Positions 50,383 to 60,260 of a stretch of DNA of 64,000 bases are shown here, piece after piece. The notes under the pieces were generated by a model that saw only the letters and a program-made list of their open reading frames with translations, did not search any database and was not told where the DNA came from. Where the stretch lies: positions 13,090 to 77,089 of the IMG/VR virus record IMGVR_UViG_3300036770_006511; one strand, 5' to 3'. Both the position numbers and the translations under genes were made by a program. The DNA is from a virus. The first letter of the stretch is position 1. Each line of letters opens with the position of its first letter.

Positions 50383-50613
50383 ATGCAAGATTTCACAGGT
50401 TTCCCTTTATTTGACAGAATAAACATTCAATCGTCCGAAGACTTTGAGAATTTATTGAATGATTTGAACGAGGAACGGGCAAATTTTATAATTCAAATTG
50501 CGTTAGAAAAGGCGTATACCTCGGGTTTATACAGTTTGAGTGAGGCCGAAATTTTATCTAAATCATTAAGATTAAAAATAAAAAAGGGGACCGAAGTCCC
50601 CTCTGAAAAGTGA
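50383..50613 (+). CDS. Hypothetical protein
   Basis: 76-aa ORF convergent with the major capsid gene. Confidence 0.5.
   Translation: MQDFTGFPLFDRINIQSSEDFENLLNDLNEERANFIIQIALEKAYTSGLYSLSEAEILSKSLRLKIKKGTEVPSEK
50581..50602 (-). terminator. Intrinsic terminator after the major capsid gene
   Basis: Minus strand AGGGGAC-TTCG-GTCCCCT plus T tract (cUUCGg tetraloop). Confidence 0.9.
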
Positions 50614-50623
50614 TTTGAGATTA

Positions 50624-52417
50624 TTATCTCAATTCTCTCAAGTCGAATGTTCTAACACCATCAACTGTGATACGACCGTAGAAACGGTTGTTTACAACCT
50701 TCTTAGCGTATCTGGTCATGATACCCTTGATTGGTGTAAAGTTGAATGGGTTATACATCGTTGGAGTGAGTTGTAAAGGTACGTATGGTGCGTAGATGTA
50801 ACCAGTGTCAAGTAACGACGTACCCTTGTGACCCAACAATACTTGGTTTGCTGGGAAGTATGGGTCACGGTAAACTTGATATCTACCTGCCAATGTTCCA
50901 ACTCTTTCAATACCCATGTTGTATTGGTCTTGCTCAGGAGCTGCGTTCGAAACGTGGAAGTACTCCAAGTCGTCGAAGATTGCAGATACCTCAGAAGATA
51001 CAACAATCCAGTTTGCTCCACCTCTCAAAGTTGATTTGTGGATTTGTGCTGAGATTTGGTTGATTGCAGTGATAAGAGTTTGGTTCCAGTCCTTCTGAGT
51101 GTAAGGAGTAGTACCTGAAGAGAATCTCTTCCATCCGTTGTAGTCCCAACGAAGGTTCCAAGATGCTGCCTTTCTCAAGTCTCTCAAGATTTCACGGTCA
51201 ATTTCCGCAGCTACTTGCTCCGACAACAACGCAGTCAATTCAGCTTCAGCGTCGATGTTGTGGAACGCAGCAACGTCTTGTGCCATTTCAGGAGACCATT
51301 GTGCTCTAAGTTTTCTTTCAGTAACCGAAACAGTCACAGACTGAAGGTCGAAAGAAACTTCACCAATTTTATCTTCGAATTCAAGATTCTTATAGATTCT
51401 GTAAGTTGCAGTAAACGCCTGACTGTCTGCTGTTGTAGAAGAGAAAGTTGAGCCAGTGTAACCGTCAAGAGAAGAATCTCCACACGAAATACAAACAGGA
51501 ACTTGTAAATCAACTTCAAGGTAAATTTTACCTTCAGCGTCACATACGTTGTAGTAAGTTCCACCATCAGTCAAGCTGTTAGGGAATACCAATGATGTAT
51601 CCTGACCGTATTCAACGATACCCTTACCGTATCTCTGAGTAACAACTCTGAACAAGTAGTTGTTGTTTACGTTTGCAGCAGTATTAACGTTTCCAGCAGC
51701 ACCACGAATTTGAAGGTCTGTTAAGAATTCTTCAGTATCCATCGGTTGACCGTTAGGTCCAATAAGTTGACCAGCACCCGCAGATGCAAATCCCGACATC
51801 ATGATAAGAACCTTTCTGTAGTTATCTTCTTGATAAGCAGAAACAACTAATTGACTTCCTTCCCAAGCGACTGTTCTTGTTCCAGCAGTGATTGCTGAGT
51901 AAGAACCTTTAGAGTAGTCGTAAAGACCTGGAGGGTCCAAAGCTGGTTCGTTACCTTCGTAGAATCTATCGTAAAGGTCTTTAGTGTTGTTGTAGTCGTA
52001 ACCACTGTTTGGAGTTTGACCTGCAGCTGCGTTAGGTGAACCGAAAGGTGCCCAGTGCTCGTTCGCTTGGTCTCCGGTGTACGACTGAATGTTTGGTACG
52101 AAGTAGAACAACTTACCGATAGGAAGGTTCATCGCTTGTACAGAAACGATGTCGTTAGCCAAAAGTTTAGAGAATACTCTTCTTACGATTGGGAAAACAA
52201 CAGTTTCGAATGAACCTGTATCTGCAGTTGATGCAGCTTCGTTGATGAGATAAGACGCTTGGTTTTCATACAACTGAGCGATGTTCTCTTTAAGGTGTCC
52301 GTTAAGTCCCTCGAGGAAACCCAACTTGTCCCATTTGTTGATTGTATCTTCCTTGATAACTTTAAGATGCTTAAGACCGATGTTACCAACAAGACCACTT
52401 TCTAATAATGCTCCCAT
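50624..52417 (-). CDS. Major capsid protein, T4 gp23-like
   Basis: VRRVF...DIVSVQAM..P.G, RKLRAQWSPEMAQD, EIDREIL, YAPYVPL, GIMTRY. Confidence 0.97.
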   Translation of the reverse strand: MGALLESGLVGNIGLKHLKVIKEDTINKWDKLGFLEGLNGHLKENIAQLYENQASYLINEAASTADTGSFETVVFPIVRRVFSKLLANDIVSVQAMNLPIGKLFYFVPNIQSYTGDQANEHWAPFGSPNAAAGQTPNSGYDYNNTKDLYDRFYEGNEPALDPPGLYDYSKGSYSAITAGTRTVAWEGSQLVVSAYQEDNYRKVLIMMSGFASAGAGQLIGPNGQPMDTEEFLTDLQIRGAAGNVNTAANVNNNYLFRVVTQRYGKGIVEYGQDTSLVFPNSLTDGGTYYNVCDAEGKIYLEVDLQVPVCISCGDSSLDGYTGSTFSSTTADSQAFTATYRIYKNLEFEDKIGEVSFDLQSVTVSVTERKLRAQWSPEMAQDVAAFHNIDAEAELTALLSEQVAAEIDREILRDLRKAASWNLRWDYNGWKRFSSGTTPYTQKDWNQTLITAINQISAQIHKSTLRGGANWIVVSSEVSAIFDDLEYFHVSNAAPEQDQYNMGIERVGTLAGRYQVYRDPYFPANQVLLGHKGTSLLDTGYIYAPYVPLQLTPTMYNPFNFTPIKGIMTRYAKKVVNNRFYGRITVDGVRTFDLRELR

Positions 52418-52447
52418 TTTAAATGTTTTTTTTTAGGATTTTTATTT

Positions 52448-54055
52448 TTAGAGTTTATTCATTAAATCCTTAATTCTTAAGAACTGAGGATTTTCATATG
52501 TTTTAGACTCAATCAAGGTAGTAGATGAACCAGACGTTTTGGTCGTGTTCAATTGTCTTTCAACACTTTCAGAAATATTCTTAGTTTCAGTGTTTGAAAG
52601 TTCTTCCTTGACAGTTTTATAGAGTTGCTTTGATTCTTTGAGTGACTCTACCGAATCAAATCTTCTCAAGATATTTATTTTTTCTTTTTTAGTAGTGGAG
52701 TGTTCAGTAAACAATCTTGTTGCGTACGCCAAATTCGAGTTGAAAACTGCAACTTCGTTGAGTTTTTCTCTGAAAACATTAAGAGCTTTCCTGTATTCCT
52801 CATTCTTTTCTCTTAAAACTTTTAATTCAACATTAACAGACTCTACTTTAACACCATTATCACCATAAACATAATTTCTGTTATTAGTGATACCTTTTCT
52901 TAATCCTCTACCTTCTTTCGAACCCATACCGTAAGTTCTAGCAGCTTCCTTTGCTTCTTCTTTGGTTTCATAGTCTTTCTTGCCAGGATGTGTCTTAGAT
53001 TTGTCACCCTTATTACCACCGAATTTCCCTTCGTAGTCTTTATAGTGTCCATCTTTACCTTCACCAGATTTCTTTTCAACACCGTCTACTTTCTTACGCT
53101 TGTACTCGTGTTTGTTAGAACCCCAGTTTTTATCCTTGCCTTCTTCCATTTCACCTTCTTTGAACTCAAATTTTGCTTTACCAGTTCCCATCGCTTTGGG
53201 TGCAGCCTTTTTGTGGTCATCAAATCCCTTTTTAGGTAAAGTACTGTCATACTTAAACTTAGGGTGACCCATTCCAACGCCTTTTGGTTTTACAGTCATT
53301 TTAGCTTCCGAGAGGTCATAATCTTCTGTGTGAAGTTTATCGTCCTTCATATCCAATTCTAAGTCACGAATATGAGCCGCGTCATCCTTTTCAGCATCAC
53401 GGTAGTGGTCATAATCTTCGTCTTCATTGGTAAGGTCCATTTCTTCCTCGTCCATTTCTATCTCATACATTACTTCGTCTTCTTCGTCCATAGATTCAGA
53501 TGATGAGTAAAGAGCATCAAGAACGGCCTCCAAGTCAGGGTCTTCTTCAACATCAAGTTCGTCGAATTCCATTTCTTGTTCGTCCATTTCCATTTCTTCC
53601 ATCTCTTCCATTTCATCCATTTCTTCCATTTCGGATTCTTCGAGTTTTACGATGTATTCAACATCTTCATTCTCGTCGGTGATGTGAACTTCACCTTCGT
53701 CTTTTACCACAACAATACCATCTTCAGGTCCCATCGCTTTAAAAGCCTTGATAACTTCATCATCAGACATGTCTGTCATATCGATAGTTTCTTCAGAATC
53801 CTCGAAATCCATTTCCATTTCATCCTCGGAATCTTCCATATTATCAACATCACTATCCATGGGAAAAACCATGTCTAGCTCAGTATCAACTTCAACCTCA
53901 TCATCTTCTTGTTCAGAAAGAGATTCCTTTACTAACTGACTGATTTCTTCCTTCATTGTAGAAGCAAGTATTCCTTTTGCGTTTTCGGCAATGACTTCTT
54001 CAACATTTTTCATTTGAATAAGTGCCTCTTCAACTAAATTTTTAGTTTCTTGCAT
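52448..54055 (-). CDS. Prohead core/scaffold protein (gp22 position), very acidic
   Basis: Lies between protease and capsid genes; D/E/M-rich middle; coiled-coil C-terminus. Confidence 0.75.
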   Translation of the reverse strand: MQETKNLVEEALIQMKNVEEVIAENAKGILASTMKEEISQLVKESLSEQEDDEVEVDTELDMVFPMDSDVDNMEDSEDEMEMDFEDSEETIDMTDMSDDEVIKAFKAMGPEDGIVVVKDEGEVHITDENEDVEYIVKLEESEMEEMDEMEEMEEMEMDEQEMEFDELDVEEDPDLEAVLDALYSSSESMDEEDEVMYEIEMDEEEMDLTNEDEDYDHYRDAEKDDAAHIRDLELDMKDDKLHTEDYDLSEAKMTVKPKGVGMGHPKFKYDSTLPKKGFDDHKKAAPKAMGTGKAKFEFKEGEMEEGKDKNWGSNKHEYKRKKVDGVEKKSGEGKDGHYKDYEGKFGGNKGDKSKTHPGKKDYETKEEAKEAARTYGMGSKEGRGLRKGITNNRNYVYGDNGVKVESVNVELKVLREKNEEYRKALNVFREKLNEVAVFNSNLAYATRLFTEHSTTKKEKINILRRFDSVESLKESKQLYKTVKEELSNTETKNISESVERQLNTTKTSGSSTTLIESKTYENPQFLRIKDLMNKL

Positions 54056-54077
54056 AAAAATTGTTTTTAATTTACCT

Positions 54078-54085
54078 TATAAATA
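54078..54085 (-). promoter_or_regulatory. TATTTATA putative late promoter for scaffold and capsid genes
   Basis: TATAAATA on plus, 22 nt upstream of the ATG and just downstream of two terminator-like hairpins. Confidence 0.6.
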
Positions 54086-54096
54086 GTTCCCAAAAT

Positions 54097-54147
54097 AAAA
54101 AAATCCGTCTAAATCCCCCCTCTTGAAGAAAAAGGATTCAAACGGAT
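54097..54147 (-). terminator. Long 21-bp hairpin plus U tract (terminator or processing site)
   Basis: AUCCGUUUGAAUCCUUUUUCU-UCA-AGAGGGGGGAUUUAGACGGAU then UUUUU; six G-U pairs. Confidence 0.6.
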
Positions 54148-54174
54148 AAAAAAAAAGGTGGATAAACCACCTTT
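54148..54174 (-). terminator. Intrinsic terminator
   Basis: Minus strand AAAGGTGG-TTTAT-CCACCTTT followed by a T tract. Confidence 0.8.
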
Positions 54175-54178
54175 AGAA

Positions 54179-54388
54179 TTATTCGATTACCTCGTCGATT
54201 TTGCTTTCAACAACTGAAACAATACGCCATTCGTGTTGGAACCCCGTATATTTCTTAGTCACCTTTGCCTCGACATCAGTTACAGAGAAACCATTAACAA
54301 GTTTCTCTTCTCGGATTTTTTTAATTCTACCTGAATTCTCATCGGGCAAATCATAAACCACTTTAGCAACGAAAAATTTCTCATCCAT
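54179..54388 (-). CDS. DUF4494-like small protein
   Basis: FF.AKV.Y....GRIKK.RE..LV...S.T..EA pattern recalls the Bacteroidota DUF4494 family. Confidence 0.55.
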   Translation of the reverse strand: MDEKFFVAKVVYDLPDENSGRIKKIREEKLVNGFSVTDVEAKVTKKYTGFQHEWRIVSVVESKIDEVIE

Positions 54389-54403
54389 AATAAATCAATT
54401 AAA

Positions 54404-55120
54404 TTAACGATTTAAATAATCGGATAATTTTTTCATTAAATCAACTGACTTACCCATTCCAGAGTCAGAAATTTTTTGTTTTCTTTCTTCTTCGAGGTTT
54501 TCCTCGTACATAGACCTCTCTTCAGGGGTGTTAAATAGGTACGCACCTGGAGTTGATGGTGAGGATACCAAGTCAAAACAGATAAGTTCGAAGTCATCTT
54601 GAACCTCGTTTTGTTCTCCAACCTTCTTAAGTGAACCCACCCCACGTGATGATACTCCCATGGTTACACCTTGTCTCATGAGGTTAGCTGCGATATCTCC
54701 CTTTGTTGAGACAATACCACTTTCATGGAAACCTGGTGATGTTAGGAGTTTCAATTTCCCCATAAGGATGTGACCATCCCACCATATGTCGGTTATAATG
54801 TGAGCGACTCTATCCAAATCAATCAATGAAGATTCGGGGTGATTCAATTCTGAGGTCGAAAGACCTTTTTTAATAATTGTCTTATATCTGTCCGCTTCCC
54901 TTTTCAATATTTTTTCAGGGTAAACTCTACCATTTCGGTTAGGAACTCCGTACTTTTGGAGAACGGCATAGAACTCGAATGGATTTCTGTAATCCATATC
55001 CTTTTGTTCTTTAAGAAATGATTCGTTGATAGGGTCTTTGGGTGAAATATATCCCGCATCCATTTCGATAAGGATTCCTTTTCCCGTATCTCTCGGACCA
55101 AGAATGTGTAAATCTTTCAT
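54404..55120 (-). CDS. Prohead protease, T4 gp21-like
   Basis: NRNGRVYP, ELNHP, GVSSRGVGS, FDLVSSPSTPGA. Confidence 0.95.
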   Translation of the reverse strand: MKDLHILGPRDTGKGILIEMDAGYISPKDPINESFLKEQKDMDYRNPFEFYAVLQKYGVPNRNGRVYPEKILKREADRYKTIIKKGLSTSELNHPESSLIDLDRVAHIITDIWWDGHILMGKLKLLTSPGFHESGIVSTKGDIAANLMRQGVTMGVSSRGVGSLKKVGEQNEVQDDFELICFDLVSSPSTPGAYLFNTPEERSMYEENLEEERKQKISDSGMGKSVDLMKKLSDYLNR

Positions 55121-55146
55121 TATATTCTTTTCAAATAAATATAATG

Positions 55147-55599
55147 TTACTCGATTGTTTTTGTCTTTACCTTCTCTTTGGTGGAACTAAAGGTGAAATA
55201 ATCGTTTTTGAGAACACAATCCTTATAAATCTGACGGATAATCTTTTTAACGTTCTCTTTCAGAATTGAACCTTTGAAATCCAATTCTGTTTTTGTGTAT
55301 AAATTAACTTCCAAGTTCATGAACGATTTTTTTTCTACTTGGATACCACTTGTTCTAAGGTCTAAGTCTACGATGAATTTCTCTGCGAATAATTCTCTGT
55401 TGATACTTTCATATACACTGTGTTTGATGTTACGTGACATACCACCAACTACACGTTCCCAATTCTCCATCTCCTTTTTAGGACAGACCCATGTTTGTAT
55501 GTTTATGTAGAGTGATTTGAGTTGTTTTGAATCTACCGTACCGTATTGTGTCTTTATTGATTCATATTGGTTGAGTTTAACCGTCTTACCTTTTTTCAT
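55147..55599 (-). CDS. Hypothetical phage protein
   Basis: 150-aa ORF within the head module. Confidence 0.6.
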   Translation of the reverse strand: MKKGKTVKLNQYESIKTQYGTVDSKQLKSLYINIQTWVCPKKEMENWERVVGGMSRNIKHSVYESINRELFAEKFIVDLDLRTSGIQVEKKSFMNLEVNLYTKTELDFKGSILKENVKKIIRQIYKDCVLKNDYFTFSSTKEKVKTKTIE

Positions 55600-55675
55600 T
55601 TATATTCAGAGTGAAATCTGTTTATTTTTTCAAAACATAATAAACTTTTCCACATAAACCAAATATTTCTAATAT

Positions 55676-55861
55676 ATGCTAATTGTACAAGTAGATAAAA
55701 ATATAGAAAAAGCGTTAAAAACGCTTAAGTCGAAAGTTATCAAAACAAAACAGAATCAGAAGTTAAATTCTCTGAAGCAATTTCAAAAGAAATCTGTCAA
55801 AAAAAGGATGCGACAAATCAAAGCATCTTATTTAGAAAAATTCAAGAATCAAGAAGAATAG
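55676..55861 (+). CDS. rpsU: Ribosomal protein bS21 (phage-encoded, Flavobacteriia-type)
   Basis: MLIV.V..NIEKALK..K.K..KT....L....F.K.SV.KR....KA.Y pattern; 61 aa, very basic. Confidence 0.85.
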   Translation: MLIVQVDKNIEKALKTLKSKVIKTKQNQKLNSLKQFQKKSVKKRMRQIKASYLEKFKNQEE

Positions 55862-56549
55862 ACTCCTCTAATCTCTTCAACTTAACATAGTTAACTTGGT
55901 CGAATTTTTCGTTTTCAATCTTTTCGATTGTTTCTGTGATTTTGGTTTTCAAATCAACTTCTTCCTGTTTTGACAAGATAACCTTCAATTTGTTGACTGC
56001 CGATTCTTTAAGATTCGCAAATTCATTTTCCAAATCTTCATTCTTCGTTGCTAAAATATGGAATACTTCTTTCTTAGTTGACTCGTCCAAACTGTCCACA
56101 TATTTTCCAATGGTTTGGTTAGCAATTGACACCATCGATTTTAAGGGGATTTTAGGACTTTCTGTCAATCCTTTTTTGGTAGTCATAAGATTGTTTATCA
56201 ATCTCTTTTTTGATGACAATCTCTCGTGAATATTAACGTTCTCAAAGTACACCAAATTATCAATATCTTGATAAATGTTTGATGATTTTTCCCCGTTGTT
56301 TGGGAGTGAAGTAGATTCCAATAAATGTCTAATTACATTTACAGATTCTTCTAAAAATTCTTTGGCATCGTTTTCTGACAAACCTTGTGGTGTATTAAGG
56401 TCGTCGTATATTGAATAAATCTTAGAAAAAGATTTATTTTTCAAAACATTATGTTTGAACTCTTTTAGGGTTTGTTTAAAAGTTGATGAATCTTTGTAGG
56501 ATTCTACCAAGTTTTTTTCGATGATTGATTTAATTTGTCCGAAGGTCAT
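55842..56549 (-). CDS. Hypothetical head-module protein
   Basis: 235-aa helical ORF downstream of portal; TATTTAT upstream. Confidence 0.6.
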   Translation of the reverse strand: MTFGQIKSIIEKNLVESYKDSSTFKQTLKEFKHNVLKNKSFSKIYSIYDDLNTPQGLSENDAKEFLEESVNVIRHLLESTSLPNNGEKSSNIYQDIDNLVYFENVNIHERLSSKKRLINNLMTTKKGLTESPKIPLKSMVSIANQTIGKYVDSLDESTKKEVFHILATKNEDLENEFANLKESAVNKLKVILSKQEEVDLKTKITETIEKIENEKFDQVNYVKLKRLEESILLDS

Positions 56550-56575
56550 GAGTCATTATTATTCACTAATAAATA

Positions 56576-58450
56576 TTAGGAATTTAACAACTTGTCTAAC
56601 TCTTCACCGATTTTACCCAAACTTTGTTGAGCAACCCCCAAATTAAGGAATTTACTACCATATAAATCAGTCTCAATTAAAAGATTCATATCCTTACCTT
56701 CTTTTGATTCAGGAGTGATTTCTGCCTCACCAGCGGGGGGAGTTTCAGGTGCGGCTTCACCACCACCAAGTTCTTCACCACCTAACTCACCACCGAGTTC
56801 AGGACCGGGTTCGAAACCACCACCTCCACCACCAAACGCAGCGGCTGCAGGTTCACTAACCTCTCCCGGAGGTGCTTGAGGTGCACCTTCACCTGGTTTG
56901 TTACCGTACAACTTATCAAGTTGGTCAAACAATCCGGTTTTAGAGATAACAGTTGGGGTATTCTTAAGTTCCTCACCAATTGCTCTTTCCATTCTTTGTT
57001 GAAGAAGGTCTGTTCTGATTTCATCATCGGACCAGTTGAAGATGTGCTTTTTCGCCCATGTCGAAGATGCTGGTTGAATTCCATTTCCTGGGTCACTAAC
57101 CAAATCACGGTAAAGAAGAACTTTTTCTTTCCAAATGTCAACCTTAAGAAGGTCGGCTTGAGTTGATGGATTCGTAAGTCCCAAAGTAAAGTTTGAAATC
57201 TCTTCTTCAAATCCCAACAGGAAAAGGTGAACAATAGCAATCTTGTTCAACTCCTGAACCATCGACATTTGAATTCTGTTGATAGTACGAGCAAAACGAA
57301 TATCTTGAAGTGCTAAACTTTTCCCATCGCCAACAACTTCCTCAAATCCTAAAAATGCTTTAGGTATTCGTAGAGCGGTTACCAACTTCTTTTGAATGTA
57401 CTCAATATCAGCAATTTCAGAAAGATTCTGTGCACCTGGAAGAGTGTCAATCGGTGATGGTTGTGCTGGGTCTCTTACGGGAATAAAGTAGTCTTGGTCC
57501 ACAGCCATTTGGTTGAATCTCATGTCTACATTTCCGGTTTTAGAATCAACAATTTGTTCCCTTTTGAACTTATTGGCTACACGTTGTACGTAAGCCTCAA
57601 CATCATCATCGTTCATGTTTCCAACATAAACTTTGAAAATCCTTCTTTCAGGGGCACGAGAGGTACGATATATTAACATCGCATCCTCAGACAACAAAAG
57701 TTGTTTCCAAATACGACGAGATTTTTCCAACATCGAAGTACCATACGGAAGTTTTCTATCGTCACCCAATAATCTAAAGTGGGCAACTTCCCATGGTTGG
57801 AATTCCATATTTTGAGTTTTCCAAGTAAATCTTAAACCCTTATCATCAGTGTTGTTTTGAGGAACACCAACTGAAGCGTTTCTTGTAGATAATCCTTGTT
57901 CGAATCGTTCGATTTCTATATTCGGTAATTGTTGACATCCAATTACACCCTTTTCAGGGTCCAATCTCATGTAAACAAAATTATCACCATACTTACAAGT
58001 GTTTCTTGTCCACATCGGTAAGTTGGTGTTAATGTCCAAAGTGTTGTTAAACAAATCTGCCAAAACAGATTTGATTCTCTTTGATTCTGAGTAAATTTGT
58101 AGAATTTGACCATCCTCATTAGGTGTGGTAGATTCTTCGGCATAAATGTCTAACGCGGCTGATATTTCAGGAGTGTATTCCATTGACTCGTAATCATAGT
58201 ACGAAGCCAAACGGTTTGGTTCGTAGTAGATTGCTTGAGTGTAAAGGTTGTTTTCAACCTTAGCAAATTGATTTGCTAAATAAAAAGATTGACGGGCTTG
58301 TAATTTCTCTCTTTCGTATTCGGCCTTGTCAGTTGTTCTGAGTAACTCTTTTTTATCTAACTTGTAGACAGGAAAATCTTGGTTCATTAAGGCATCAGGA
58401 CCGAGAGCCCTTGTCAACCTTTGCCAGACCGTAAAATTTTTATTTTCCAT
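56576..58450 (-). CDS. Portal protein, T4 gp20-like
   Basis: EDAMLIYRTSRAPERRIF, DYFIPVR, IDTLPGAQNL, ALRIPK. Confidence 0.96.
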   Translation of the reverse strand: MENKNFTVWQRLTRALGPDALMNQDFPVYKLDKKELLRTTDKAEYEREKLQARQSFYLANQFAKVENNLYTQAIYYEPNRLASYYDYESMEYTPEISAALDIYAEESTTPNEDGQILQIYSESKRIKSVLADLFNNTLDINTNLPMWTRNTCKYGDNFVYMRLDPEKGVIGCQQLPNIEIERFEQGLSTRNASVGVPQNNTDDKGLRFTWKTQNMEFQPWEVAHFRLLGDDRKLPYGTSMLEKSRRIWKQLLLSEDAMLIYRTSRAPERRIFKVYVGNMNDDDVEAYVQRVANKFKREQIVDSKTGNVDMRFNQMAVDQDYFIPVRDPAQPSPIDTLPGAQNLSEIADIEYIQKKLVTALRIPKAFLGFEEVVGDGKSLALQDIRFARTINRIQMSMVQELNKIAIVHLFLLGFEEEISNFTLGLTNPSTQADLLKVDIWKEKVLLYRDLVSDPGNGIQPASSTWAKKHIFNWSDDEIRTDLLQQRMERAIGEELKNTPTVISKTGLFDQLDKLYGNKPGEGAPQAPPGEVSEPAAAAFGGGGGGFEPGPELGGELGGEELGGGEAAPETPPAGEAEITPESKEGKDMNLLIETDLYGSKFLNLGVAQQSLGKIGEELDKLLNS

Positions 58451-58493
58451 TATAACCTCAAACTTAATCCTTTATGGATTATTATAAATACTT

Positions 58494-60254
58494 TTACCTT
58501 CCAAATAACCAACCATACTTCATATAATCATTTCTTGTTGCCTCGTAAGTTCTTGAATTTGGCATTCCGGGTTGACTAAATTGTGGTAATGAAGGGTTGA
58601 AGTATTCTGACTTTTCTTTATTTTCTGTTACGATTGTCGACCAAGAATCTAGCATTGCCTTGGTGTGATTAACAACTTTAACTAAGGAGGGGAATGCAGC
58701 CTCAGCAACATAAGTAGCCATCGCTATGGACATAATACAATCGTCGTGATGACCTTTTTGGTGGTCAGGTCTACCATTGATGTAGACAAAGGTACCCATT
58801 TCATTTACTAATCTACTTGAACGAACCTTGAATTCGTGTCTCATAGATTCTTCAAATGATGCAATAATTTGAACCCGTTTGTTATTGAAGTTAATACCAG
58901 GAATTTTTTCTTTAACTCGAGGGTCATATTTCCATTTGTTTGCCATGTCAACACCATCAAAGTAAAAATTTTCATAACCCATTTCCTGTAACTTACGTGC
59001 GGTGGCCACTCCCATACCCCCCGTTAAATCAATAACACAAAGAGCACTATACATGATACCCCATTTGTAAGCAATTTCGGCTAATGTATCGGGAGGTATT
59101 TTCCCAACAAATTCCAAGACTTGTTCTTTTTCATCAAAATCAATTATTTCAATACAAGAAAAATCCTCTGAATCTCCTCTTGATACGTCAATCCCCATAA
59201 CATACTTATGACCATTGACCGGTTCTTTCCAAATCCAAAGTTGACCCCCGACTAATTTAGCGCTTGGTTCTCGAACATCATTTTTTTGAATGTCTTGTAG
59301 CATTTGAGAATCAAATACGTTATCACCCGAACCCAAAAAGTTACACTCCAATTCCTGTGCAACCTTACGACGGTCGTACTTCAATTTTTTTACCATACTC
59401 TCAAACCAAGAAGAACAGGGTTTGTATCCATCTTCAATATATTTGTGAAGCACTTCTAAATTTCTTTCCCGATGGTTTTCACCTGACAAGTCAATTACCG
59501 CATCACTTGGGTATTCATGTTTGTTCAAGAGAAAATGAACCAAATCATTTGTTTTGACCATGTATAAATCTTTGGTATAACGTGGGTCACGATACCAATA
59601 CATTTCAGTTATTTTGAAATCATTCATCCCACGAAGGGCTTGGTCATAGATTTCATAATAAATTGGGTCAAATCCGTTGGGGGTGGATATAACAACAACT
59701 TTACCACCTGTTGATAGAGATGCCATACAAGCAGCCCAAAAATCACTATCGGCCTCGATGAAGGCCGCCTCGTCAAAGATAAGTGTAGTGGGGGTGTATC
59801 CACGAAGTGCGTCCCGTGAAGTTGCAACGGCCTTTACCTCACAACCATTTGAAAGTTTAAAGTGTCTTGCCGAGTTTTTCTCAGGTGCAAACCCAATACC
59901 AACCCAATTTGGCCACTGTTCGGTAAATCCACGAATTTTATTTGCAAATTCGACAGAAGTATCAAGTTTGTTGGCAATTATAAGAATTTTTTCTGGTTTT
60001 TCTTTACGAGCAAAGGCCAGTCTTTTACTCGCCCAAGCGGCAGTAACTGTTGAAACACCCGCTTGTCGATACTTTAACGCAATGTTTTCATTGAATTGCT
60101 CGTAATCCTCAACCAATTGTATTTGGTCCTGAAATAACTCTAAAGGAACATAACGGGAAACTGTATTATCGTAAGTTTGAAGATATGTTTTTAGAGCATA
60201 AGGGGTGCTTTTCATACACCTTTTATACTCAATTAAAACTTGTTCTTTTGTCAT
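58494..60254 (-). CDS. Terminase large subunit, T4 gp17-like
   Basis: KYRQAGVST (Walker A), LIFDEAAF (Walker B), ISTPNG, GIDVSRG, HDDCIM. Confidence 0.96.
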   Translation of the reverse strand: MTKEQVLIEYKRCMKSTPYALKTYLQTYDNTVSRYVPLELFQDQIQLVEDYEQFNENIALKYRQAGVSTVTAAWASKRLAFARKEKPEKILIIANKLDTSVEFANKIRGFTEQWPNWVGIGFAPEKNSARHFKLSNGCEVKAVATSRDALRGYTPTTLIFDEAAFIEADSDFWAACMASLSTGGKVVVISTPNGFDPIYYEIYDQALRGMNDFKITEMYWYRDPRYTKDLYMVKTNDLVHFLLNKHEYPSDAVIDLSGENHRERNLEVLHKYIEDGYKPCSSWFESMVKKLKYDRRKVAQELECNFLGSGDNVFDSQMLQDIQKNDVREPSAKLVGGQLWIWKEPVNGHKYVMGIDVSRGDSEDFSCIEIIDFDEKEQVLEFVGKIPPDTLAEIAYKWGIMYSALCVIDLTGGMGVATARKLQEMGYENFYFDGVDMANKWKYDPRVKEKIPGINFNNKRVQIIASFEESMRHEFKVRSSRLVNEMGTFVYINGRPDHQKGHHDDCIMSIAMATYVAEAAFPSLVKVVNHTKAMLDSWSTIVTENKEKSEYFNPSLPQFSQPGMPNSRTYEATRNDYMKYGWLFGR

Positions 60255-60260
60255 GAAGTC

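Noticed and set aside
50624-60254. Inteins or introns in capsid, portal or terminase
   Set aside because: Continuous ORFs of plausible length with no splicing or homing-endonuclease motifs seen
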